From: Verrucomicrobiia bacterium
GTDB taxonomy: Bacteria; Omnitrophota; Omnitrophia; Omnitrophales; Aquincolibacteriaceae
NCBI GenBank assembly: GCA_035495615.1
Contig: DATJFP010000071.1
Coordinates: forward strand, 65,784-129,783
Direction: 5' to 3'
DNA length: 64,000 nt
Shown here: positions 49,075-58,356 of the stretch, in pieces
Layout: the number at the start of each line of letters is the position of its first letter
Position numbering within the stretch: position 1 is the stretch's first letter
Made by a program: the position numbers and the translations under genes
The notes under the pieces: model-generated
What the model was told of the DNA's origin: nothing
Seen by the model: only the letters and a program-made list of their open reading frames with translations
The model's database searches: none

Positions 49075-51005
49075 AACGAGGCATGATTGATTTTGCAGGC
49101 TACCATTTTATCCGCGGTTTCGCCGTTGCCGCGCGCGCGCTTCCCGCGGGCGCGGCCTACGGCCTCGGAAGTTTTTTGGGCGACGTCGCCTACATTTTTT
49201 CCTCACGGCGCAAAGTCGCCTACGCGGATCTGAAGGCCGCGTTCGGCGCACGCAAGACCGCGAAGGCGCGCTGGCAGACCGTGCGCGCGCATTACCGCCA
49301 CATCGGGCAGTCGTTTATCGAGCTCTTGCGCTTTCCCTTGCTCGACAGGCAGACCGTGGAGCGCGACGTTTCCATCCCGCACCTCGAAAGATTCAACCAG
49401 GCGCTGAACGAGAAAAAAGGCGTGGTGCTGCTCACCGCGCATCTTGGCAACTGGGAACTTTTGCAGATTGTGTCCGGCATCTTCGGAAGCCCGATTCAGG
49501 CGCTCATGCGCGATCAGAAATACCCCCGGCTGAACGGGCTGCTCAACGATTTCCGCCGCAGCCGCGGTTCCGGCGTGGCCAGCCGCGGCATGGGTATCCG
49601 CGACCTCATGCGGTCCCTTCGCCGGCGCGAACTTGTCGGCGTTCTCGGAGACCAGTCCGCGGGCAGGCAGCAGGGCCTCATCGTTCCTTTTTTCGGGCGC
49701 AAGACCACGATCCCGACGGGCGCGTTTCAGCTCGCGGGCCGCGCGGGCGCGCTCGTGCTGCCGGCTTTCATCGTAAGGCTCAAAAACGAAAAGCACGAGA
49801 TCCATCTGGGAAAGGCGTTTCACTGTCCTGAAGACACGGAAGGCGAGGAGACTTACCGCGAATTCGCCCGCGAGTATGTGGCCGCGCTGGAAGATTTGAT
49901 CAGCCGCTATCCGGAGCAGTGGCTCTGGGCCAAGAAGCGCTGGAAATATTCCTGGACCAAGAGGATTTTGATTTTGTCCGACGGCAAACCCGGCCATTTC
50001 AAACAGTCGCAGGCCGTGGCCGAGGCCTTTCGCGCGGTGGAAACGCAGTACGGCCGGCCGGGCATGGAATATCCCACGGAAGCCGTGACCGTGAAATTCC
50101 GTTCGCCTTTTCACAAAGCGTTTTTTGCCGCGGCCGGGTTTTTCTTTTTTCCGTGGGCGCAGGGGCGTCTGTCTTTGCTGCGGTTTTTTTTCGACGAGGA
50201 AACCTCGCGCCTGCTGGAGGAGGTGTCCGCGGATTTTATCGTTTCCGCGGGCGCAGGCCTGGTGCCGCTTAATTTGTGTCTGGCCCGCGAGAATCAGGCC
50301 AAGAGCGTCGTGATCATGAAGCCGCCGTTTCCGTATAACTTTTTGCGTTACGACCTCGCGATCGTGCCGGCGCACGACACGGGCAAGGTTCCGGCCGAAG
50401 CCGTGCGCACCTTGTTGACGCTTTCGTCCGCTCCCTCTGGAGGCGAAACCGGCGGCGAATTGAAGAGTGAGCTGAGAGATCCGGAAAAAATCCGCATCAG
50501 CCTTTTTCTCGGCGGCCCCACGCGCGACTACCGCATGGAAGAGGCCGCGGTGAGAAAGACGCTGGATGCGCTCGAGCGTTCCGGAGCGGATTATCTGGTG
50601 ACGACGTCCCGGCGCACGCCGGAAAAAATCTGCGCTTATCTGAAGCAGGCGGCGCTGCCGCATTGCCAGAAAATCGTGATCGCCGCGGAAGACGCGCGGC
50701 CCGGATGGGTGGGTGTCATGACCGAAGCCGCGGAAGTCCTCGTCATCACCGAAGACAGCATCTCCATGGTTTCCGAGGCCGCGGCCACGGGCAAAAAAGT
50801 CATCATGCTGTCGGTCGACGACGCGGAAAAGCTTCCCAAGAAACACCGCCGATTCGCGGACATGCTCGCGGCGTCGGGCTCGGTTTCGCGCGCGGCGCCG
50901 GATGACCTGGCCGCCAGGCTCGAAAGCGCAAAGCAGGGCTTTGCAACGGACCTGGCACGGAACGAAAAAATGCTTTTGCAGAAGAGGCTGCAGGAAATTC
51001 TGTGA
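49071..51005 (+). CDS. fusion protein: N-terminal LpxL/HtrB-family lipid A late acyltransferase + C-terminal ~340-aa domain of uncertain function (possibly ELM1/DUF1022-like)
   Basis: The N-domain has the HLGNWE (HX4D/E) acyltransferase motif and the LpxL family pattern. The C-domain begins at about residue 300 (ILILSDGKPGHF...). Total length is 644 aa. Confidence 0.7.
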   Translation: MKRGMIDFAGYHFIRGFAVAARALPAGAAYGLGSFLGDVAYIFSSRRKVAYADLKAAFGARKTAKARWQTVRAHYRHIGQSFIELLRFPLLDRQTVERDVSIPHLERFNQALNEKKGVVLLTAHLGNWELLQIVSGIFGSPIQALMRDQKYPRLNGLLNDFRRSRGSGVASRGMGIRDLMRSLRRRELVGVLGDQSAGRQQGLIVPFFGRKTTIPTGAFQLAGRAGALVLPAFIVRLKNEKHEIHLGKAFHCPEDTEGEETYREFAREYVAALEDLISRYPEQWLWAKKRWKYSWTKRILILSDGKPGHFKQSQAVAEAFRAVETQYGRPGMEYPTEAVTVKFRSPFHKAFFAAAGFFFFPWAQGRLSLLRFFFDEETSRLLEEVSADFIVSAGAGLVPLNLCLARENQAKSVVIMKPPFPYNFLRYDLAIVPAHDTGKVPAEAVRTLLTLSSAPSGGETGGELKSELRDPEKIRISLFLGGPTRDYRMEEAAVRKTLDALERSGADYLVTTSRRTPEKICAYLKQAALPHCQKIVIAAEDARPGWVGVMTEAAEVLVITEDSISMVSEAAATGKKVIMLSVDDAEKLPKKHRRFADMLAASGSVSRAAPDDLAARLESAKQGFATDLARNEKMLLQKRLQEIL

Positions 51006-53107
51006 AGACAATTCAAATTCTTCCATCCCTTGAAGTGGGCGGCGTCGAACGGGGCGTTATCGATCTCGCGCGCGCGGTGAAAGCGCGCGGCGACGAAATG
51101 GTCGTGATCTCTTCCGGAGGGGCGCTGGTCGCGCAGCTGCACAAGATGGGCGTGGCCCATTACGCGCTGCCGGTCCACAAAAAATCCCTCGGCTCGCTGG
51201 CGCTCGTAGGCCGCATCGCGGAGATCATCCAGCGGGAGCGCGCGGACGTCGTGCACGCGCGCAGCCGCGTGCCGGCCTGGCTTGCGCTCATGGCCTGCTG
51301 GAAAACCCAGGTGCCGCTCGTCACGACGTGCCACGGCTACTACTCGAATCATTTTCTCAGCCGCGTCATGGGCTGGGGCAAGCGCGTCATCGTCATTTCC
51401 CGCGCCGTGGGCCGGCACATGATCGACGACTTCGGCGTCTCTCCGGAACGCATCCGCCTCATCCACCGCGGCATCGACCTCACGCAGTTTCAATATAAGC
51501 CGGGAAAATACGGCGAGCCCAAAAAGACGCTGCGCATTGTCAACGTGGGCCGCCTTTCGCCGATCAAGGGTCAGAACGAATTTCTGAAGGCCGTGCACCT
51601 CCTGCGCCGCGACCTGCCGCACGTCGAAGCCTGGATCGTGGGCTCGGAAGGCAAAGGCAAGCAGCGCTACACCGAAAAACTCCAGAAGACCATCCAGCAT
51701 CTCGGCCTTTCGTCCTGCGTGAAGATGCTCGGAACGCGCCAGGACATCCCGGAGCTTCTCGCTCAGGCGGACCTTCTCGTCCTTTCGACGCTGATTCCCG
51801 AAGCGTTCGGCCGCGTGATCGTGGAAGCGGGCGCCGTGGGCACCGCGGTTGTGGCCACGCGCGTGGGCGGCATTCTCGACGTCATCGATCACGGCGAAAA
51901 CGGACTCCTGGTGCAGCCCGGCGACGTTCCGGGACTGAGCGCGGCCATGCTGGATCTTTTGAAGGACCGCGAAAAAAGCCGCGTGTTCGGCGAGAGGCTG
52001 CGCGCGAAAACCGAGGCCTTCTTTACGCTCGACCAGATGGCGGACAAGACGCTTTCGGTCTACCACGAGGTCAAAAAAGAAAAAAAGATCCTGGTGATCA
52101 AGCTCGGTGCCATGGGGGATCTGATCCTCGCGGTGCCGAGCCTGCGCATGCTGCGCGAACGGTATCCAGAGGCGCGGCTTTCGCTTCTCGTGGACAAAAA
52201 AATAGCCTCGGTGGCTTCAGCCTGCCCGTATCTTGACGAAGTCATTCCCGTGGACCGCGCCCGGCTCTCGCATCTTCCGTTCCTGCTGAAGCTGGCCAAA
52301 AAATTCCGCCGCGACGGCTACGACATTTCCGTGGATTTCCAAAATTCCAAATGGACGCATCTTTTCGCATTTCTCGCGGGCATCCCGCAGCGCTACGGCT
52401 TCCGCCGCGGCAAGATGGGCTTTCTTTTGAACAGGGCCGAGCGCTACGCACAGGTGCCCGAACCGCCGGTGCAGAACCAGTACCGGATCCTGAAACGGCT
52501 GGGCGTGCAGAAATTTTCGGACAAGCTGGAGCTGTGGAGCGATCCGCGCTCGCAGAAAAACATCGAAGAGCGCCTTGCTGCCGCGGGGGCCAAAAAGCGC
52601 GTGGGGTTTGTCATGGGATCCAGCCCGAAATGGCCGACCAAACGCTGGCCCGCCGCGTCGTTCCGCGCCCTCGCGGACAAGCTGCGGGACGAACTCGACT
52701 GCCAGATTTTCCTGATCGGCGCGTCCTCGGAAGCCGCGGAAGCGGAAAAGTTTGCCGCGGAAGCGGGCGAGGGCGTCTTCAACTGGGCGGGAAAGACCAG
52801 CCCGCGTGAACTCGTGGCCGCGGTCAAGGCCATGGATGCCGTCGTGACCGGAGACACGGCCCCGCTCCACATTGCCGCGGCCGTCAATACGCCCGTCGTG
52901 GCTTTTTTCGGGCCCACGGATTCCCGGCGCCACATGCCGCCCGCGGAACAGGCCACGGTGCTTTCCCGGCGCCTGCCGTGCCAGCCCTGTTATAAAGGTA
53001 AATGCCGCAACCCGGAAACGCTGGCCTGTCTTGCCCGCATTTCCGCGCAGGAAGTTTTCGAAGCCGTGCGGCATCACCTGGAAAAAGTACCCTCGCTTTC
53101 GGCTTAA
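51002..53107 (+). CDS. fusion protein: N-terminal GT4 glycosyltransferase + C-terminal GT9 (heptosyltransferase-family) domain
   Basis: GT4 EX7E region (EAFGRVIVEAGAVGTAVV). The GT9 N-terminal pattern KILVIKLGAMGDLILAVPSL starts at about residue 362. Confidence 0.7.
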   Translation: MKTIQILPSLEVGGVERGVIDLARAVKARGDEMVVISSGGALVAQLHKMGVAHYALPVHKKSLGSLALVGRIAEIIQRERADVVHARSRVPAWLALMACWKTQVPLVTTCHGYYSNHFLSRVMGWGKRVIVISRAVGRHMIDDFGVSPERIRLIHRGIDLTQFQYKPGKYGEPKKTLRIVNVGRLSPIKGQNEFLKAVHLLRRDLPHVEAWIVGSEGKGKQRYTEKLQKTIQHLGLSSCVKMLGTRQDIPELLAQADLLVLSTLIPEAFGRVIVEAGAVGTAVVATRVGGILDVIDHGENGLLVQPGDVPGLSAAMLDLLKDREKSRVFGERLRAKTEAFFTLDQMADKTLSVYHEVKKEKKILVIKLGAMGDLILAVPSLRMLRERYPEARLSLLVDKKIASVASACPYLDEVIPVDRARLSHLPFLLKLAKKFRRDGYDISVDFQNSKWTHLFAFLAGIPQRYGFRRGKMGFLLNRAERYAQVPEPPVQNQYRILKRLGVQKFSDKLELWSDPRSQKNIEERLAAAGAKKRVGFVMGSSPKWPTKRWPAASFRALADKLRDELDCQIFLIGASSEAAEAEKFAAEAGEGVFNWAGKTSPRELVAAVKAMDAVVTGDTAPLHIAAAVNTPVVAFFGPTDSRRHMPPAEQATVLSRRLPCQPCYKGKCRNPETLACLARISAQEVFEAVRHHLEKVPSLSA

Positions 53108-53135
53108 CGAAAACCACTTCTTTAAAGGGAAACTT

Positions 53136-54173
53136 GTGAAAATTCTGATTGTCGCGAAAAACTGGCTGGGCGATATGCTTTTCCAGGTGCCGGCCCTCGA
53201 AGCCGTCAAGGCCGCCTGGCCCCAGGCGGAGATTGTCTGCGTGGCGCCGCCGCGCTGCCGGGCCATGGTCGCGGCTCATCCCGCGGTCAGCCGCTTCATC
53301 GCCTTCGACGAAAGAAGAGAGCAGAAAGGTCTCGCAGCCAAAATCCGCTGGGTCCTGTCGCTGCGGGGGGAGAAATGGGACAAGGCCTTTTTATTCCACC
53401 GGTCGCGGACGCGCGCTTTTTTGACGCTGCTTGCCGGCGCCCGTGAAAGAGTCGGCTACGGAAAAGGGCGGGACTGGTTTCTGACCCAATCCATCGCAAA
53501 TCCGGATCAGCCGCTGCACGAGGTGGATTATTTTTTGAATCTTCTGAAACAGGCGGGGATTCCGGTTCCGGAAAGGGCGCGCTACCGTTTTTACTTCACG
53601 CCGCGCGACCAAGACGAGGCCCACGAGATCCTTTCGCGCCATGGGCTGCGCCCTTCGGGTTTCGTGTGTTTCCACATGGGCGCGAATTGGGAACCCAAGC
53701 GCTGGCCGCTCGGGCATTTCGCCAGGACCGCGGAGATGATCCACGAAAAATGGCAGGTGCCGGTGGCGGTGACGGGCTCCCGGGAAGACGGGCAGCTGGT
53801 GGAAAAAATGCGCCAGCGCGTCAGCCGCGGCAGCGTGATCCCTCTCACGGGGCAGACGCCGCTCGGCGTGCTCGGCGCGGTCTTCGCAAAATCCGCGGCC
53901 GTCGTTTCCGCGGATTCGGGACCCATGCACATCGCTTCCGGCTCCGGCGCTAACGTGGTCGCGCTGTTCGGGCCCACGGACCCGCGCCGCACGGGCCCGC
54001 GCGGCATCGGCGACAGCGTCGTGCTTCAGTACATCCCGCCCGGCTACACCACGCCGTGGATCGGCGAAAAACTGCCCGATGAAGAATGGATGTCGGGCAT
54101 CCGTCCCGAGCGCGTGATCCAGACGCTCGAAGAAAAAAAATGGATACGGCCGTCGCAGGCCGTCTTCTCCTGA
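53136..54173 (+). CDS. GT9-family glycosyltransferase (LPS heptosyltransferase-like)
   Basis: GTG start after SD-like aagggaaa. KILIVAKNWLGDMLFQVPAL pattern. Confidence 0.75.
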   Translation: MKILIVAKNWLGDMLFQVPALEAVKAAWPQAEIVCVAPPRCRAMVAAHPAVSRFIAFDERREQKGLAAKIRWVLSLRGEKWDKAFLFHRSRTRAFLTLLAGARERVGYGKGRDWFLTQSIANPDQPLHEVDYFLNLLKQAGIPVPERARYRFYFTPRDQDEAHEILSRHGLRPSGFVCFHMGANWEPKRWPLGHFARTAEMIHEKWQVPVAVTGSREDGQLVEKMRQRVSRGSVIPLTGQTPLGVLGAVFAKSAAVVSADSGPMHIASGSGANVVALFGPTDPRRTGPRGIGDSVVLQYIPPGYTTPWIGEKLPDEEWMSGIRPERVIQTLEEKKWIRPSQAVFS

Positions 54174-54179
54174 CCGCCC

Positions 54180-55136
54180 ATGGCCGCCGCGCCCCGCGTT
54201 CTCGTCATCACGCTCAGCAATATCGGCGACGTCGTGCTCACGACGCCCGTCATCATGAATCTCCTGCGTGTTTATCCCGGCGCGGAACTGACCGTCGTCT
54301 GCGGCCCTAAGGCCGAAGGGCTTTTGCGCGGGAGCCGGCCCGTCTCGAATCTCGTCCTCTACGATAAAAAAATTTCCTGGCCGGAAAAAATCCGTTTCAC
54401 AATGTCACTGCGCAATGGGCGCTATGACGCGGTCGTGGATCTCCGGCATACGGCCATTCCTTATTTCCTGTCAGCGCGGAAACGCAGCCCTCTTTTCCGC
54501 GGGCTTTCCCGCACGGCCATGCGGGAGCGCCATCTCGAGGTCCTGGAAAAAATGGGGCTGCCCGCGGATCCCGGCGTCGAGCCCTTTGATTTCTTTTCCG
54601 CCGCGGAAGAGGAAAGCGCACGCGCCAAGCTGAAGGGCCTGGGCCTCGCGGATTCCGGCTGGATCGTCGCAGCCGCGGGCGCGGCAAGCGAGAGAAAGCG
54701 CTGGCCGGTCGAGCATTACCGCGAAGTCCTGGAAAACCTCGTTTCCCGATACCGGGAACCCGTCGTGCTGATCGGAGACGCGCGCGAGCGGGAAATGGTG
54801 CAGCCGCTTTGCCGCGAGGGCGGCCGCATTTTCAACGCGGCGGGCGTGACCACGCTGCGCGAAACCGCCGCGCTCATTTCACGCGCGTCGCTCCTCCTCA
54901 CCAACGACAGCGCGGCCATGCACATCGGCCATGAGCTGCGCCGCCCCGTGGTCGCGGTATTCGGCCCGACCGATCCGGCCAAATACGGACGCGAAGGCGG
55001 AAGTTTCCGGATCGTGCGCCCCACGGCGCCTTCTCCGGACAATCTTTTCGAAGGCGTGACGCCTTCCCGCGTGCTCGCGTCCTGCTGTGAACTTCTCGAA
55101 AGCCGCAACCCCGCGCCGCTGCGGGAACCTTTATGA
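54180..55136 (+). CDS. GT9-family glycosyltransferase (LPS heptosyltransferase-like)
   Basis: RVLVITLSNIGDVVLTTPV pattern. Confidence 0.75.
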   Translation: MAAAPRVLVITLSNIGDVVLTTPVIMNLLRVYPGAELTVVCGPKAEGLLRGSRPVSNLVLYDKKISWPEKIRFTMSLRNGRYDAVVDLRHTAIPYFLSARKRSPLFRGLSRTAMRERHLEVLEKMGLPADPGVEPFDFFSAAEEESARAKLKGLGLADSGWIVAAAGAASERKRWPVEHYREVLENLVSRYREPVVLIGDAREREMVQPLCREGGRIFNAAGVTTLRETAALISRASLLLTNDSAAMHIGHELRRPVVAVFGPTDPAKYGREGGSFRIVRPTAPSPDNLFEGVTPSRVLASCCELLESRNPAPLREPL

Positions 55137-56242
55137 TCACACTTCCATCCCGTCCCCGGATTCTCGTGACGCGCGCCGACAGGATCGGCGATCTCGTCGT
55201 GTCCACGCCTGTTTTCGCGGCGCTGCGGGAAAAATTTCCGGACGCGTGGATCGCGGCGCTTGTTTTCGCGGAAAACCGTGAGCTCGTCGAAGGCCATCCC
55301 GCGCTGGACGAAGTGATCCTTTACGACAAAAAAGGCAGCGAAAAAGGCTGGCTGGGAAACTTCGCGTTTTCGCGCCGCCTCGCGGCCAAACATTTTGACG
55401 CCGTCATTCACCTGCATTCGACCAACCGCATGCACTGGGCCGGTTATCTCGCAGGCATCCCGGTCCGCATCGGCTGGGACCGCAAATGCTCCTGGGCGCT
55501 CACGCACCCGCGCAAGGACGTCAAAAGCGAAGGGAAAAAACACGAGGCCCTTTATAATTTCGAGCTGCTGGAAGATTTCGGAATCTGGCCGCCGCAGGAA
55601 CTGGAAACGCATTTCACGCTTTCTCCCAAGGCCCGGCGTTCGGTCGAAGAACTTTTTTTTCAGCTCGGCATTCCTGCCGACAAGCCGCTGCTTGTCCTGC
55701 ATCCGACCGCGAGCTGCCCGTCCAAGATGTGGCCCGCGTCGCGCTTCGCGGAGCTCGCCGACCTGGCCGCGCGGAAATACGGAGCCACGATCGTGCTCGT
55801 GGGCAGCGACAAGGACCGGCAAGTTTCAGCCGAAATCGCGGCGGCCTGCTCCGCGTCCGTCTGCGACCTGGGCGGCAGGCTCAGCCTCTCCATGCTGGGC
55901 GTGCTGCTGCGGGAATCCGCGGCGCTTGTTTCCAATGACACCGGCCCCGTGCACATCGCGTCCGCCGTCGGCACGCCCGTTGTTTCGATCTTCGGGCGCA
56001 ACCAGCCCGGCCTTTCGCCCGCGCGCTGGAAGCCGCTCGGGAAAAATGCGCGCGTGGTATGGCGCGACGTGGGATGCCATCCCTGCCTCGCGCATGACTG
56101 CCGTATCAACTTTCTCTGCCTGGACGTGATTTCGGTGTCGGACGTCCTGCGCGAATTGGAATCGCTGGGCAGCGTTTGGCAAAAAATTCCATTCGCCTCC
56201 GATATCGAAGAAGTGCCCGCGAAAACCGGAGAAAGACCGTGA
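55133..56242 (+). CDS. GT9-family glycosyltransferase (LPS heptosyltransferase-like)
   Basis: RILVTRADRIGDLVVSTPV pattern. Overlaps the previous gene by ATGA. Confidence 0.75.
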   Translation: MITLPSRPRILVTRADRIGDLVVSTPVFAALREKFPDAWIAALVFAENRELVEGHPALDEVILYDKKGSEKGWLGNFAFSRRLAAKHFDAVIHLHSTNRMHWAGYLAGIPVRIGWDRKCSWALTHPRKDVKSEGKKHEALYNFELLEDFGIWPPQELETHFTLSPKARRSVEELFFQLGIPADKPLLVLHPTASCPSKMWPASRFAELADLAARKYGATIVLVGSDKDRQVSAEIAAACSASVCDLGGRLSLSMLGVLLRESAALVSNDTGPVHIASAVGTPVVSIFGRNQPGLSPARWKPLGKNARVVWRDVGCHPCLAHDCRINFLCLDVISVSDVLRELESLGSVWQKIPFASDIEEVPAKTGERP

Positions 56243-57363
56243 GGCCCGTGCGCCGCGTTCTCGTGGTCCAGCCTTACGGCATCGGCGACCTGCTCTTCGT
56301 AACGCCGGTCCTGCGCGCGCTGCGGCTTTTGCCCGGCATCGAAAGGGTGGATCTTTTGCTGGGCTCGCGCACCGAAGCCGTGGTGCGTCATAACCCGCAC
56401 GTCGACGAGATCCTCGAAATCGACAAGGATCTTTTTCACCGCCGCGGCGCGCTCGAGAATTTCCAGGCCCTGCGCGCGCTCGGGGCCAAGCTCCGCGCGC
56501 GGCATTACGATCTGATGCTCGATTATTCCATGCGCGGCGAGTACGCGTTCTTCGGGCGCTTTTTTCTCGGCATTCCGGAAACCGCGGGATTCAACTACAA
56601 ACGCCGCGGCTTCCTCCACACGCGCCGCGTGCCGCTGCCGCAAGGCTTCAAGGACCGCCACGTGGCGGATTACTTCTGCGGCCTTGCCGAAGCCGCGGGC
56701 GTCCCGGTGCGCGACCGATGGCTGGAATTTTATCTTTCGCAGGCGGAGCGGGAAGAAGCGGACCGCGTGCTTGCGGAAAAAGGCGTGGGCCCCGGCGCCG
56801 CGTTCGCGGTCGTCAGCCCCGGAGGCGGGGAATCGTGGGGCAAGGACGCGCATTTCAAGCGCTGGCCGCCCGAATTTTTCGCGCGGCTCCTGCCGCTTCT
56901 GCGAAAAAAAATTTCCTTTGATTCCGCTGTGGTCCTCGGAAGCAAAAACGAAAAAGAGATTGCCGCGGCCCTGACCCGGCACTCGGGCATGCCTGTCACG
57001 GACCTGACGGGGGAGATCACGCTGGCGCAGGCGGTGCGGGCGATGGAGCGGTCGGTTTTTTTTCTGGGCAACGACGGCGGGCTTTTGCATCTCGCGGCCG
57101 CGCGCAAACGGCCGGTGATCGGGCTTTACGGGCCCGTGCCGCCGGAAGTTTACGGGCCCTACCCGCAAGCCGCATCATCGGCCGCGGTTTTCAAAGAAGG
57201 GCTGGAATGCCGGCCGTGCTACCAGAAATTCCGTTACAACGCGGCCTGTGCCCACCGGGACTGTCTGGGCAAACTCACGCCCGAAGAAGTTTTTTCTTTC
57301 CTAGACAAGAAATCCTTTTTTGATACGATACAGCGTGCGTCGGAAAAAGTCCCGCAGTCCTAA
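56239..57363 (+). CDS. GT9-family glycosyltransferase (LPS heptosyltransferase-like)
   Basis: GTG start (GTGA overlap with the previous stop) preceded by SD GGAGAAAG. RVLVVQPYGIGDLLFVTPV pattern. The tool ORF extends to 56176. Confidence 0.7.
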   Translation: MRPVRRVLVVQPYGIGDLLFVTPVLRALRLLPGIERVDLLLGSRTEAVVRHNPHVDEILEIDKDLFHRRGALENFQALRALGAKLRARHYDLMLDYSMRGEYAFFGRFFLGIPETAGFNYKRRGFLHTRRVPLPQGFKDRHVADYFCGLAEAAGVPVRDRWLEFYLSQAEREEADRVLAEKGVGPGAAFAVVSPGGGESWGKDAHFKRWPPEFFARLLPLLRKKISFDSAVVLGSKNEKEIAAALTRHSGMPVTDLTGEITLAQAVRAMERSVFFLGNDGGLLHLAAARKRPVIGLYGPVPPEVYGPYPQAASSAAVFKEGLECRPCYQKFRYNAACAHRDCLGKLTPEEVFSFLDKKSFFDTIQRASEKVPQS

Positions 57364-57381
57364 CCTTTTTCACCAGGCTTC

Positions 57382-58182
57382 ATGAAAAGATTCACCAAAA
57401 TTTTGTGGGGCGTCGTCGTCGCCGCCACGCTTTTTTTCGGAGCCTCTTTTTTTCTTCTCCCTTTGCCCGGCCATGCGACGGTCCTTCTTTACCACTTCAT
57501 CGACACGCCCCAGCGCAGCTCCGAAGAGAAAAACGTGGTCAGCGCGGAAAGCCTGGAGCGGCAGATGGCATTTTTGAAACACTTCGGCTTCCGCGTCATC
57601 ACCTTGCAGGAATTTTATGACATGCGGATGGGGAAGAGAAAGCCGCGCAGCCGCGAAATCCTTCTCACCTTCGACGACGGTGATTATTCGTTCGATCAAA
57701 AGGCCATGCCCATCCTGAAAAAATACGGACTTCCCGCGACGATCTTCGTGATCAGCGAGAACGTGAAAAACGCTTCGCAGGGCAGCATGAACCAGCCGAC
57801 CATCCAAAAGCTTCGGGAGTCCGGCTTGATCACGGTGGAGAGCCACAGCAAAACACATCCGCTCCTGTCCCAGACCTCGCCTGAACAGCTCAAAGACGAG
57901 GTCGAGGGCTCCAAGCGTGACCTCGAGGCCATGTTTGGCGTGCCCATGCGGTTTTTTGCTTATCCGAGCGGCGACCTCAATGAGCAGGTGGTTGAGGCTG
58001 TCAAAGCAGCCGGATATGATATGGCGTTCGCGACCGGCCCCAAAAGGCTGAAAAAGACCGGTGTCCCGCGCGGGCAATACAGCGAAATCCGCATGAAAAT
58101 CACCCGCACTTCCGACCTGCTCGTGGTCTACTGGTTCAAGCTTTCCGGGCTTTACAATTTGTTCCGCGGTTTCCGCGCCTAG
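57382..58182 (+). CDS. polysaccharide deacetylase (CE4/NodB domain), signal-anchored
   Basis: NodB motifs LLTFDDGD, HSKTH and FAYPSG. Confidence 0.8.
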   Translation: MKRFTKILWGVVVAATLFFGASFFLLPLPGHATVLLYHFIDTPQRSSEEKNVVSAESLERQMAFLKHFGFRVITLQEFYDMRMGKRKPRSREILLTFDDGDYSFDQKAMPILKKYGLPATIFVISENVKNASQGSMNQPTIQKLRESGLITVESHSKTHPLLSQTSPEQLKDEVEGSKRDLEAMFGVPMRFFAYPSGDLNEQVVEAVKAAGYDMAFATGPKRLKKTGVPRGQYSEIRMKITRTSDLLVVYWFKLSGLYNLFRGFRA

Positions 58183-58256
58183 CGCGCCCCTTTCCGGAGG
58201 GGGTTCCGCCCGCTTTAAGTCTATATCTTCCAAGCACTTAAATTAAATTCCGTGGA

Positions 58257-58285
58257 TTGACACCTCCCAGAGCGAGTGATAGTAT
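58257..58285 (+). promoter_or_regulatory. strong sigma-70 promoter TTGACA-N17-(TGa)TAGTAT with extended -10
   Basis: TTGACA at 58257-58262 and TAGTAT at 58280-58285 preceded by TGa. It lies upstream of the heptose-kinase/kdsB/pyrG/kdsA/kdsD array. Confidence 0.5.
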
Positions 58286-58356
58286 ATACGGGTTTTTTGA
58301 ACCTAACCCCTTCACCGCAGGCTCTTAACCGCCGGCCGTTTTCAATTAAGGATTCC

